Positions 45,546-54,471 are shown, counted from the stretch's first letter. The stretch is 64,000 bases of DNA from Elusimicrobiota bacterium (GCA_027371715.1 DAHXMM010000021.1:18923-82922); one strand, 5' to 3'. Translations and numbers: made by a program. Notes: generated by a model not told the origin, from the sequence alone.

Positions 45546-48035
45546 TTAAGCCGAAGGAGCTTGACCTTGCGATTGCGATTCCGGAATCGTCATCCCGTGT
45601 TTGGCGGCGGCCTGTTGCAAAGTTTTCATCGCCGTCGATTGAACCGCGGCATCGGTCAACGATTTGGCGGCCAGGTAAATGACGCTTAAGGCCGCCGGAA
45701 CATCGGCGGAGTTCGCGTAGCCATAGATATGCGGAAAGATAAGACCCTGGATTAAAGACAACGCCTTATCTTTGCCTAAAGCGTCTCCCAGAAGAGAATG
45801 CCAAGCCCCGCCATATCCAACAGTTCCCATAAAAGCCAGCCCCTGCCGATGAACCTCGTCTCCAGGGTTGAACTGATAATTATTCGTCGTCTCGCGTAAA
45901 GCGCCGCCAGGAACGTTGGGAAGAGGAGATTGAGATGGATCATTAAAGAAATGTTCTCCAATTAAAGGAGTCGACAGGATGTGGGTGGCAAACATATCGC
46001 CGATGCCTTCCCCTAAACCCGGATCCACCGAAGCCATGGCGTTAAGACCCAAGTGGGCATAGCTGGCCACCAAAGCATGGGTCCAATGACCGCTTTCATG
46101 AAAACCGACTCCAGGAAGGGTCCCGGTATTGATGCACTGCGCGCTGGACAAAAAGAAATTGAGCGTATTTGAAGACGGATCATAATAGGCGTTGCATTCA
46201 TCCGCGATATTCACGTTGATAGTCAATTTCTGTTTGAGTAAGCCGTCTTTTTCGCCAACGCCGTGGGCCATGGCCCAATTGATAAAAGTATAGTGGCTAT
46301 AATAAGCGGTCACCTGCGCCAATTCTTTCTCCGACTCGGCCCGAGCTTGACTCTCGGCGTCTTCTTGGGCGCGATAAGAAGGAGAGAAAAAATGTTTAAA
46401 AGTTCGGACAATTTTTCCCCACAGAGTTGGTTTTGGGGCGGGCGTGGTAGGACCGGTCACACTGGTCGGCGGATTAAAAACAACCACGACGCCGTCTTTC
46501 CCTTGAACGAGGCTTGCCTTGACCACCAAAGCCTCGCCCGCTTCATTATTAATTACGACATGATCGCTTTCAAGTTTCGCGGTTACGTCCATCGGTTGGC
46601 CGTTGGCCAGATCAACATTGACCCGCCCCTGATCATCAGCATTAACTTCACGGCCGTCCGGAAGAGTGACCGTCACTCCCGGCAAAGGCAACTGATGAAG
46701 AGTGGGAGGAGTTCCCATATCGTTATCGGAAGTCGGAACGCGGGCTTCAAACTGCGCCGAAGACGAAACGCCAGCCGGAGGCCCGGTCGTAGGAGACGCC
46801 GCGCCTAAGCGCATATCCCACAAGAAGGTCTGTCCTGTTGAAATATCGGCCGCAACCAACGCATCAATGCCTTCTACTTTGTAGAGGCTAATCGCATGCC
46901 AAGCCCCGCCTTTTCCGGAAGAAGACGGAACATAGAAAATTTGCCGATCGCGGAATGAAATTTTGGCCGATTCATCATTTTGAAGTTTGAGCCGATTTTT
47001 GATTTTACTTTCCAAAACCGCGTCGTTGAACTTGGAAGAAACATCCACTTTGAGTTTGGGAAAAAGCCGCCCATGGACGCCGACAATGACCGGCTTCCCG
47101 TTTTTGACGTGGATCGTAAAATTAAGAGAAGCGCCGTAAACCGGAAGCGGGTTTGATTTTCCATCCGTATATTGTTGATGGAAAGAGGCGTACCAGGTCG
47201 GAAGTTGCCCGGGAACTTCCGTCAAATGAAGCTGGGAAGTTCCTAAGTCCGAGCTTCTGACCTTATATTGTGGATTGGAATCAATCGCCTCGCGCAACGC
47301 GCGCTCGATACCACCGGCGCTTTGCGGATTAGCCGCAAGCGGAACGTCCACCAAGCGATCGAAAACTTGAACCCCCGGAGCGGCAACTTCGGCGGCGGGC
47401 TCTTCGGTCGTGGAAACGACGTTTAAAGACTGATGAAATTCCGGTTGTTCTCGAAAATCCGGGATAATGGGGCCGGCATCGGTTTTAACCCCTTTGGGGA
47501 GTTTAAGTTTTGGAAGCGGGCGAATGGACGGGGCGAAAGCGGAGAGCCCGAGAGCGGACAAGCGCGATTGGCGCTTAGACCCGTCAAAAAACCGCGCGCC
47601 GATTTTTTTCAGATGAGAGCCAATGAAGGCGGCGAGATGGCTTAAGGATTTCGCCTTCGCAACCTGTTCAGGGCGCGCGATAACGGAGGCATTGGCGGGC
47701 GATAAATTTTGTCCTACTGGTTTGGCATTAGAACCAGAAACGCCTTGAGACGCCTCCGTATCCCGGAATTTAGGGACAGTCCCCAACTGAATCGCGCCAA
47801 GAGAATCTTCAAATTGCAGAGATTCTTCCATGCCCTCGGCCGGCAAGGAAAAAGCGTTTTCTTGAGCATCCATCCCTAAAGGAAGATTCGACAAGTGAAT
47901 GGGAAGGACCTCTCTCCCGGAATTTCCCGTCTCAATCATGCCTCCAGCCCAAACGGGCCCAAAACCGGAAGAAACCAGAACGCTGAGCGAAAGCAAACCG
48001 CTGATTATTTTTTTATTCATAAACTCCTCATTCAT
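45546..48035 (-). CDS. secreted HExxH zinc metalloprotease; assignment to the M4 (thermolysin) family is tentative, paralogue 2
   Basis: Signal peptide MNKKIISGLLSLSVLVSS. HESGH, then GEGIGD and DEVHRQG. Start assigned to an ATG with a GAGGA RBS; an alternative start is at 48020. The thermolysin-type Glu ligand block (NEAxSD in paralogue 3) is only weakly recognisable here as GLGEGIGD, so the M4 call is less secure than for paralogues 1 and 3; an HExxH gluzincin is certain. Confidence 0.55.
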   Translation of the reverse strand: MNEEFMNKKIISGLLSLSVLVSSGFGPVWAGGMIETGNSGREVLPIHLSNLPLGMDAQENAFSLPAEGMEESLQFEDSLGAIQLGTVPKFRDTEASQGVSGSNAKPVGQNLSPANASVIARPEQVAKAKSLSHLAAFIGSHLKKIGARFFDGSKRQSRLSALGLSAFAPSIRPLPKLKLPKGVKTDAGPIIPDFREQPEFHQSLNVVSTTEEPAAEVAAPGVQVFDRLVDVPLAANPQSAGGIERALREAIDSNPQYKVRSSDLGTSQLHLTEVPGQLPTWYASFHQQYTDGKSNPLPVYGASLNFTIHVKNGKPVIVGVHGRLFPKLKVDVSSKFNDAVLESKIKNRLKLQNDESAKISFRDRQIFYVPSSSGKGGAWHAISLYKVEGIDALVAADISTGQTFLWDMRLGAASPTTGPPAGVSSSAQFEARVPTSDNDMGTPPTLHQLPLPGVTVTLPDGREVNADDQGRVNVDLANGQPMDVTAKLESDHVVINNEAGEALVVKASLVQGKDGVVVVFNPPTSVTGPTTPAPKPTLWGKIVRTFKHFFSPSYRAQEDAESQARAESEKELAQVTAYYSHYTFINWAMAHGVGEKDGLLKQKLTINVNIADECNAYYDPSSNTLNFFLSSAQCINTGTLPGVGFHESGHWTHALVASYAHLGLNAMASVDPGLGEGIGDMFATHILSTPLIGEHFFNDPSQSPLPNVPGGALRETTNNYQFNPGDEVHRQGLAFMGTVGYGGAWHSLLGDALGKDKALSLIQGLIFPHIYGYANSADVPAALSVIYLAAKSLTDAAVQSTAMKTLQQAAAKHGMTIPESQSQGQAPSA

Positions 48036-48083
48036 TTTACGATCCTCACCTGCCTTCTTTATTTTATCCATTGATTCATCAAT

Positions 48084-48125
48084 CCGTATGGGTCTAAAGG
48101 CCTAGAGAGTTTCCGGCAAAAGACC
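48084..48125 (-). promoter_or_regulatory. conserved 42-nt leader motif upstream of M4 protease paralogue 2
   Basis: Minus strand GGTCTTTTGCCGGAAACTCTCTAGGCCTTTAGACCCATACGG. 34 of 42 positions are identical to 50673-50714, upstream of paralogue 3. Confidence 0.5.
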
Positions 48126-48147
48126 CAGGTCTCAAACTCCACAAACC

Positions 48148-50643
48148 TCATCGCGCGGCGCGACCGGAGGGAGAATTTCCGCCCGCCACGAGGACATTGC
48201 CACCCTCTGGAAACGAAGGCGAGGCCGGAAGATCAAGACCGTGGTCGTTTTTAGCGTGGGAACGGATGATGGACTCGTGCGGAATAGTTCCGTCCTTGGC
48301 CATATCGGCAAGCATTGCGTGGGTCAAGGCGCTGACCGGATCGGCGGGTTGAGCATAGAGAGAAGTTAGAACGAAAATAAGAGCGGAGCGAAAAGCGCCT
48401 TCAGCTTCTCCCATCGCGGCCATGATGTCCTTTCGGCTCATCCACGCCGTTCCCATTTGGGTCTCCCCCTGATTATGGGGATCGGAATTTTTGGGATCAT
48501 AGACGGTTTTATTTTCGCCGGTCCGGATAATGGTCGGCATTCCAGGGAGAGGATTGAGAATAAAGCCATTTCCGATCACGGGGCTATTTCTCATGAACAT
48601 GGAAATCGTGTCTGCCGTCGCTTCATTGGAGCCGGAGCCCATCACAGGGTCAATCGGATGCTTGACAAAGCGATAGGCCGGAGCGTTGACTTCCTCGGAA
48701 GTCAAATTGAGCTGGGAAGCCCTTTGAACAAAACGATGCCCCAATTCATGGAGAGAAATGGAGGGTTGGGAGGTGTTTTCAAAAGTCAGAAGAATCGTCT
48801 TGATTTTCCCGTCTTTCCCGCGAATTTTTTCAGGAAGCGTAGCTTTTTTCATTAAATAGAACCCGTCGGTCATCGGATCATAGTCGGCGTTTCCTGGAAG
48901 ACTGGTCCCATTGGTGTGGATGGAACCGGCCAAAGGCGTATAGAATCTGGGATCGGACAAACCCAGATAGGACTTGAACCAATTAAAAAGCCGATAAGAA
49001 TAAACATAGGCGTTGACGCTGGCGGCTTGCTGTTCATCATCCCCCGTCGGATTTAAAGTGACGCGAACGGTTTCTCCAGGTTTAACGGTCAAATTCGCGA
49101 CAATCGGAGAATCCGAAGAATCATCATCAATGACCGGCCCATAAATTCCATCCAAGCGCACGGTAATCGCCAACGGCTTCCCCGCATTGACGGAAGCGGG
49201 AATGGTGAAATTTCCATTCTCATCGGTCACCGTAATGACACGGCCTTGGGAATCGAAAACCTTGGCATTGGGCAAAGCCATATCGCCGATAGGCCCATGG
49301 TCTTCCCCGTCTTCCGTCAACGTCGTCCCCCGCCCGACCGCCGTTCCGGAAATGGAGCCGCCGGAAGAGGCAACGCGATGGTCGAGAACTCCGTCTGAGC
49401 CCAAAGGAAACGCTTCCCCGGTCTTAACATCAACCAAGATCATCTCTTGTCCCCCGGTCAAAGAAGTTCCTTGATAGATATTGACCGCACGCCAGGAATT
49501 CGAGAAATAGACAATTTCGCGAGCCATCAGCGCCACCTGAGGAGCCCCGCTCAACAAACTCAAATGTCCCGGAGTTTTAGGACGAATGACGTTATCTGTT
49601 GAATTTCCCCCGTTTGGTTTTTCGGAAGACAGTTGTTTGCGAGCGATTTCTTCCAGCTGGGAATCGCTATAACCCGGCTTCATAATCGCCGGATCAATTT
49701 CAGGAGCAAAGCCGCCTTCAACGCCCATCATCACCGGCTTTCCGTTCAAGACCTTAATATGGAAGCGTAAATTGGCCTCATCCACCAGTAAATAATAAGG
49801 AGAGCCGTCCAAATCGGTCCCTTTTTGCCATTGTCTGAAAACCGCGATAATGCTGTCGGCTTGATCGGCTTGCCCTGACAATTTGACCACATGAACCGTG
49901 GACATCTGATCGCTCGGCTTTCCATACTGAGAAGATAGTCCGTATTTCGCGGGGTTTGAATCCACTTCCTGGCGCAAGGCTTGTTCGATAGAGGCCATAT
50001 CCGTTGGATCGGCATTGAGAACAACCGGTTTTTCTCCTTCCGGGGTGACCGAATTAACCGAAAGATGAAACTGTTTGAGCGCGACGAGGCCCTTTTTCGA
50101 GGGTTCAAGCAAAAACCGGCGTTCGGTAAAAGAAGTAGGGGCTTCGTTCTGCCAGGGCTTACGGCGAACGCCTAGAGAAAATTTGCCTGCAAAATTCTGA
50201 CCGTCAAAATTAATTTTTGCGCGCGAAGGCGTAGAAATTCCGCGCCCCAAGAATTTTTTTAGACGCTTAAAAACTTTTGAAAGCGGCCTCAGATGAGGCA
50301 GGTTATTTTTTTCTTCCTTTAAAGCGGAAGGCTTCGCAATATTTTTCTCCATTGAGTTTTTGGAAATTGCTTTCAAAACCTCCGCGGTTTTCTCTTGGGA
50401 AACCGACAATGATTCAAGCACGGATGCGGAAGTCAAATTGGCCGGCAACTCTTCTCCTGGACTTAAAAGATTGATGGAATTTTGAGCTGAAAAATCAAGC
50501 GGCGAAACCAAGGCAGGCGAAATATTTTCAGGAGTATTAGAGATTTCACTTCGAGCGCCAAAACCGGCGAAAGCGGGGCTTAGAGAAGAAAGAATTAAAG
50601 ACAAAGACAACGAAGAGCGCAAAAATATTTTTTGATTTTTCAT
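48148..50643 (-). CDS. secreted M4-like (thermolysin-family) zinc metalloprotease, paralogue 3
   Basis: Signal peptide. HELGH, then GSNEATADTISMF (compare thermolysin GGINEAISDIFGT) and DPHNQG. Confidence 0.6.
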   Translation of the reverse strand: MKNQKIFLRSSLSLSLILSSLSPAFAGFGARSEISNTPENISPALVSPLDFSAQNSINLLSPGEELPANLTSASVLESLSVSQEKTAEVLKAISKNSMEKNIAKPSALKEEKNNLPHLRPLSKVFKRLKKFLGRGISTPSRAKINFDGQNFAGKFSLGVRRKPWQNEAPTSFTERRFLLEPSKKGLVALKQFHLSVNSVTPEGEKPVVLNADPTDMASIEQALRQEVDSNPAKYGLSSQYGKPSDQMSTVHVVKLSGQADQADSIIAVFRQWQKGTDLDGSPYYLLVDEANLRFHIKVLNGKPVMMGVEGGFAPEIDPAIMKPGYSDSQLEEIARKQLSSEKPNGGNSTDNVIRPKTPGHLSLLSGAPQVALMAREIVYFSNSWRAVNIYQGTSLTGGQEMILVDVKTGEAFPLGSDGVLDHRVASSGGSISGTAVGRGTTLTEDGEDHGPIGDMALPNAKVFDSQGRVITVTDENGNFTIPASVNAGKPLAITVRLDGIYGPVIDDDSSDSPIVANLTVKPGETVRVTLNPTGDDEQQAASVNAYVYSYRLFNWFKSYLGLSDPRFYTPLAGSIHTNGTSLPGNADYDPMTDGFYLMKKATLPEKIRGKDGKIKTILLTFENTSQPSISLHELGHRFVQRASQLNLTSEEVNAPAYRFVKHPIDPVMGSGSNEATADTISMFMRNSPVIGNGFILNPLPGMPTIIRTGENKTVYDPKNSDPHNQGETQMGTAWMSRKDIMAAMGEAEGAFRSALIFVLTSLYAQPADPVSALTHAMLADMAKDGTIPHESIIRSHAKNDHGLDLPASPSFPEGGNVLVAGGNSPSGRAAR

Positions 50644-50672
50644 GTTCTTATTATGCCCATCTTAAAGCTGAC

Positions 50673-50714
50673 GCGCATGGGTCTAAAGTCCTAGGCCCTT
50701 TTCGGCAAAAGACC
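50673..50714 (-). promoter_or_regulatory. conserved 42-nt leader motif upstream of M4 protease paralogue 3
   Basis: Minus strand GGTCTTTTGCCGAAAAGGGCCTAGGACTTTAGACCCATGCGC. Lies 30 nt upstream of the ATG. Confidence 0.5.
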
Positions 50715-50737
50715 TATGCCTCTTCCCAATAATCATA

Positions 50738-50773
50738 CGGGCGGCACCCGGCGCAATATAATGCGCCGAGTGC
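50738..50773. promoter_or_regulatory. extended palindrome (12-bp arms with one mismatch) whose loop contains TATAAT, in the divergent region between protease paralogue 3 and tRNA-Phe
   Basis: ggcacccggcgca-atataa-tgcgccgagtgcc. Possible operator or structured element; no convergent gene ends here. Confidence 0.35.
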
Positions 50774-50880
50774 CTGCGGAAAGGTTAGATTCACTGATGA
50801 TTTCTCTTACCGCGGGCATTGCCCCAACCCTATGGCTATCGAGGAAAGGAACCTGATTTTGTTTTCTTGATTTGTTTTAT

Positions 50881-50889
50881 TGTTATAAT
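50881..50889 (+). promoter_or_regulatory. extended -10 promoter element (TGtTATAAT) for tRNA-Phe
   Basis: TGTTATAAT lies 29 nt upstream of the mature tRNA 5' end. No good -35, which is consistent with an extended -10. Confidence 0.4.
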
Positions 50890-50917
50890 GGATGAGAACT
50901 CAAAATGAAAATTTCAA

Positions 50918-50989
50918 GGCGAGGTAGCTCAGTGGTAGAGCACTGGTCTGAAAAACCAGGTGTCGACAGTTCGATCCTGTCCCTCGCCA
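50918..50989 (+). tRNA. tRNA-Phe (anticodon GAA)
   Basis: Cloverleaf: acceptor GGCGAGG/CCTCGCC, D-arm GCTC-AGTGGTA-GAGC, anticodon arm CTGGT-CTGAAAA-ACCAG, T-arm GACAG-TTCGATC-CTGTC, discriminator A. CCA is not encoded. Confidence 0.9.
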
Positions 50990-50991
50990 TT

Positions 50992-51831
50992 TTGTCTCTA
51001 GCGATTTTGACTCTTTCTTCCTGCGTTCCCCAGCCAGGCGCGCCCGGGGCTCCGGGCGCCCAAGCCAATTCCTCAAATTCTTCTCCAACGGCTTCGGTTC
51101 TCAGTTCCAGCCAAACGGCAAAAACCGATCCTCTTATTACCAGCACGCTGATTAATCTCTTCGACAATCTCAACCAAGAAACCGTTACTCTCAATAATAC
51201 CAGCGGAACCCCCCTAGGAGACATCATCAGCATCGGAACGCCAACGGGTTTTAGACTCAGAAATCACTATACGCATATCGGAATTCCCATCACCGAAGCG
51301 CTCTCGCTTAACACCAAAAATTCCCGAATTAGAAAAGAGCTCAAGACCATGGCCCGCTGGAGCACTAATTACGAAGTGCGTTCCGAAGCTCTAATCATTT
51401 TAGCCAACCGCCATAATCTCGCCGATGAACCGGTTTTTAAGGAAGCTCTTCTCTATTTTCATTCCGGAGTGCGCTTTGGAGCTCTCGAAGCGCTGGCGGT
51501 TTGGGGACATCCCCATCACGCTATTCCTCTAATAAAGAATGAGACCGACCCCAACACCGAAGGAATTCCGATTTTGAATGTTTACGCGGCGGGGCTTTTG
51601 GCAAGACTGGGAGATCCTTCGGGAGTTCCGATGCTTCGTTCCTTTGTGTCGAATCCGAGTTGGGTCGTTCGCGCCATGGCCGCGCAATATTTGGGAGATT
51701 ATGGAGACGCCAGCGACTACGACCGTTTGGTCAACCGAATTAATCAGGAACAACAATACAATTTCGTCGTAGCGGAAGACTGTATCGCGGCCATCAAACT
51801 TTTTCCTAAAAAACAGGCGGCAGGGCAATGA
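50992..51831 (+). CDS. HEAT-repeat (PBS-lyase-like) protein, possibly a lipoprotein; start uncertain
   Basis: C-terminal half has HEAT-like repeats (ALEALAVWGHPHHAIPLI, VRAMAAQYLGDYGD). The only in-frame ATG lies inside the tRNA, so a TTG start immediately after the tRNA is assumed. An LTLSSC lipobox-like motif is present but the signal peptide is atypically short. Confidence 0.45.
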   Translation: MSLAILTLSSCVPQPGAPGAPGAQANSSNSSPTASVLSSSQTAKTDPLITSTLINLFDNLNQETVTLNNTSGTPLGDIISIGTPTGFRLRNHYTHIGIPITEALSLNTKNSRIRKELKTMARWSTNYEVRSEALIILANRHNLADEPVFKEALLYFHSGVRFGALEALAVWGHPHHAIPLIKNETDPNTEGIPILNVYAAGLLARLGDPSGVPMLRSFVSNPSWVVRAMAAQYLGDYGDASDYDRLVNRINQEQQYNFVVAEDCIAAIKLFPKKQAAGQ

Positions 51832-52685
51832 GAAAAATCATTTTCGTCTATTTTTTGTTCTTAGCGGGAAATTTGCGCGCTCAAACTCCTCCGCCCGCTT
51901 CGCCAACGGCCGCGGCCTCCTCGGCTCCCATTCTTGAACTTGAGCCCCTCATCATCACAGCCCCCCGGCTGAAGCTCCCCCCCAACGCCGTTTTAGACCC
52001 TCAGATTGACGCCAACCTTTTGCGCCTTCTTCAGCTTCCCAATATGAGGCCCAACTCGCAAGAACAGCTAGACCCCTCTTTGACCAATTTGGCGAATTTA
52101 ACGACCTTGGACGGATACAATCTCCAAACCCGCTACACCCAGTTGGGCTTTCTCTTAACCGAAGGACTCGCGGGAACCAAGAATCTCACGCTGCAAAATT
52201 CTCTTCAAACCATTGTTCAAACAGGAACTAACGTCCAAATCCAAGCCTTGGCTTTGGACGCCTTGGCCTACACTCACGATCCCCAATTTATCCCGCTTTT
52301 CCAATCCGCCCTTCAAAATACCGATGTAACGATTCGCTTTACGGCGATGGAAGCTCTTTATATCATGGCTGACGGAAAGCCCAACTCCAATATCAGCTCC
52401 ATCATTTATACCGCCGCGGAGATGGATTCCTCGCTGGCCGTCAAGCTCTACGCTTCTCATCTGGCCTGGGAATTAGGGAATGAATTCGGACGCGAAACGC
52501 TTCTTCACCACTATCAAGATACGGACTGGTTTACCCGCGCTTTTGCCACCCATTATTTAGGCGAAATGGGTAAAAATGATGTTTTTTCACTTCTTCAAAC
52601 ACAGCTTTACTCCGAAACCAATCCCTCCGTTCAAGCGGAATTGTGCGGGGCTCTCTTGAAGATGGAAAAATACAGTAAACCCTAA
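51828..52685 (+). CDS. secreted HEAT-repeat protein, paralogue of the preceding gene
   Basis: Signal peptide MRKIIFVYFLFLAGNLRAQ. HEAT-like repeats (DALAYTHDPQFIPLF, FATHYLGEMGKND). Overlaps the previous gene by 4 nt. Confidence 0.55.
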   Translation: MRKIIFVYFLFLAGNLRAQTPPPASPTAAASSAPILELEPLIITAPRLKLPPNAVLDPQIDANLLRLLQLPNMRPNSQEQLDPSLTNLANLTTLDGYNLQTRYTQLGFLLTEGLAGTKNLTLQNSLQTIVQTGTNVQIQALALDALAYTHDPQFIPLFQSALQNTDVTIRFTAMEALYIMADGKPNSNISSIIYTAAEMDSSLAVKLYASHLAWELGNEFGRETLLHHYQDTDWFTRAFATHYLGEMGKNDVFSLLQTQLYSETNPSVQAELCGALLKMEKYSKP

Positions 52686-52697
52686 GCCGTTACGCCC

Positions 52698-53288
52698 ATG
52701 CTTATAATTCTTAAGGCCCTGGCATTGAGCGGCGGCGACTGGGTCATCGGAATTCTCATTCTCTGCTCCATTATCGCAGTTGCCGTGATCATTGAGCGCG
52801 GATTATTTCTTAAAAAAGAAGAAGCCGTATTTCTGGGCTTACGCAAAGCGCTCCTTATTGACGCGGCAGAAAAAGTAAATCTCTCAGACTTTGGCGGGGC
52901 CGCAAGCCGCCTTTTGGCGGAAGAGATGACCGATCACGCAAGAAAAAAACCATTTAACAACGAGATTTTCGCGGCAAAAAGCTGGACGGAGAAAAATCTT
53001 CTTGAACAAAGACTTCTCATTTTAGGAACCTTGGGATCCAACGCTCCTTTTATCGGGCTCTTGGGAACGGTCCTGGGAGTCATCAAAGCCTTTCATGATT
53101 TATCTCAAAGCGGGGCCGGCCCCGAAGTCGTCATGAAGGGCCTCTCCGCGGCTCTAGTCACAACCGCCATTGGGCTTTTTGTCGCTATTCCCTGCGTCAT
53201 CGCTTATAACTATTTCCAAGACAAGGTTCAAAAGATTCTCTCCGGAACGGAATCTCTCATCGTCGTTTTGAGAGCTCGTTCCCAATAG
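52698..53288 (+). CDS. exbB: MotA/TolQ/ExbB-family proton-channel protein
   Basis: Three TM helices and the conserved C-terminal channel block (GTLGSNAPFIGLLGTVLGVIKAF). Confidence 0.8.
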   Translation: MLIILKALALSGGDWVIGILILCSIIAVAVIIERGLFLKKEEAVFLGLRKALLIDAAEKVNLSDFGGAASRLLAEEMTDHARKKPFNNEIFAAKSWTEKNLLEQRLLILGTLGSNAPFIGLLGTVLGVIKAFHDLSQSGAGPEVVMKGLSAALVTTAIGLFVAIPCVIAYNYFQDKVQKILSGTESLIVVLRARSQ

Positions 53289-53290
53289 CC

Positions 53291-53692
53291 ATGCAATCTC
53301 CCGGAAAAGCCTCGGGGCCCATGACGGCCATTAACATCACGCCGCTGGTGGACGTAGTCTTGGTGCTTCTCATTATCTTTATGGTCACCGCTCCCATGAT
53401 CGCGCACAGAACCATCAAGGTAGACCTTCCCAAAGCCGCCCATCACTCTCACACCTCCACCAAGGCCCTTGAAATCGCCCTGAACTCAAAAGAGCAAATT
53501 TACTTTTCCGGGAAACTCGTCTCTCAAAACGAACTTTCCGCGCTCTTGGCCCAGACCGTGACCGCCGACCCGGAGACGCGGGTGACTTTGGCTGCCGACA
53601 AAAGCGTGCCTTATGGGCCCGTCGTCGCGCTTTTAGATTTAGTTCGCGGTTCGGGAATCCACAAAATAGGGCTTGAAGTCAAAAGTTTGTGA
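53291..53692 (+). CDS. exbD: ExbD/TolR-family protein
   Basis: INITPLVDVVLVLLIIFMVTAP N-terminal TM block typical of ExbD/TolR. Confidence 0.8.
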   Translation: MQSPGKASGPMTAINITPLVDVVLVLLIIFMVTAPMIAHRTIKVDLPKAAHHSHTSTKALEIALNSKEQIYFSGKLVSQNELSALLAQTVTADPETRVTLAADKSVPYGPVVALLDLVRGSGIHKIGLEVKSL

Positions 53693-54441
53693 GCCTCGTT
53701 CAAGAAAAAAAAATTTCTAAAAAACCGATTCTTTCCTGGCGGCAATGTCTTCTCATTTCCGCCGCCCTTCACGGACTTTTATTGGCCTGGGGTCTTCACC
53801 TCAACCGAATCCATCCAACCAACTCCCCTGTTGAAGTGGATTTGACCAGTCCCTTGATTGGGACCGGTCCTAAAAAGCTCGGAGCGCCTAAGCGCAAGAC
53901 TTCAAACGCTCCACCTGTTGTCCCTAAACCCGCGCCTAAAGCTCCACCCCCGCCCGTTCCTCCTCAAACCCCGAAGACCTGGACTCTTCCAAATAAACAA
54001 ACCCAAAAGACCGTTCCCCTGCCGCCTAAAAAAGAGCCCACCACTGGAGGGACCAAAACAGGAACCGGAACTTCGCCCTTGACCGGCGGTTCCGGAAAAG
54101 GCGCGAATTACGGATCTCCTCATGGAACAGGAAACGGAGGTTCCCCGGCTGGAATCATTCCCCCAAAACTTCTCAATCTCAATGAGGTGTTCAAAAATCT
54201 CCGCAAGTATTATCCCGAGGCTGAAAGACGCGCGGGGAAAGAAGCGATCGTGATGGTCGCCATTCATATTGGAATTGACGGAAGCGTCACGGGCGTAGAC
54301 ATCCTCACCCCCGCTGCCGCAGATTTTAACAAAGCGGCCCAAAAAGTCGCCTCGCTCATGAAGTTTTCTCCCGCCCGCAACGCCCAAGGCCCTGTGCCCG
54401 TTAAAATCGCTCAACAAATCATCTTCCGGCTTGAAAATTAA
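53689..54441 (+). CDS. tonB: TonB-family energy-transducing protein
   Basis: N-terminal TM anchor, a Pro/Lys-rich spacer (PKPAPKAPPPPVPPQTPK) and a C-terminal TonB domain. Confidence 0.7.
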   Translation: MSLVQEKKISKKPILSWRQCLLISAALHGLLLAWGLHLNRIHPTNSPVEVDLTSPLIGTGPKKLGAPKRKTSNAPPVVPKPAPKAPPPPVPPQTPKTWTLPNKQTQKTVPLPPKKEPTTGGTKTGTGTSPLTGGSGKGANYGSPHGTGNGGSPAGIIPPKLLNLNEVFKNLRKYYPEAERRAGKEAIVMVAIHIGIDGSVTGVDILTPAAADFNKAAQKVASLMKFSPARNAQGPVPVKIAQQIIFRLEN

Positions 54442-54446
54442 GAGTC

Positions 54447-54471
54447 AAAAAAGGGGACTGTCCCCTTTTTT
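54447..54471 (+). terminator. rho-independent terminator after tonB (A-tract, GGGGA-ctg-TCCCC hairpin, T-tract; potentially bidirectional)
   Basis: aaaaaaggggactgtcccctttttt, 6 nt after the tonB stop. Confidence 0.7.

Noticed and set aside
48084-48125. Reading the protease leader motif as a sigma54 (-24/-12) promoter
   Set aside because: GG and GC dinucleotides are present but separated by only about 6 nt instead of 10, and there is no TGGCAC-N5-TTGC match.
50905-50991. N-terminal extension of the first HEAT-repeat ORF, starting at an ATG upstream of tRNA-Phe
   Set aside because: The extension reads straight through the tRNA-Phe gene, so it cannot be coding. The protein must start after 50989 with a non-ATG codon.
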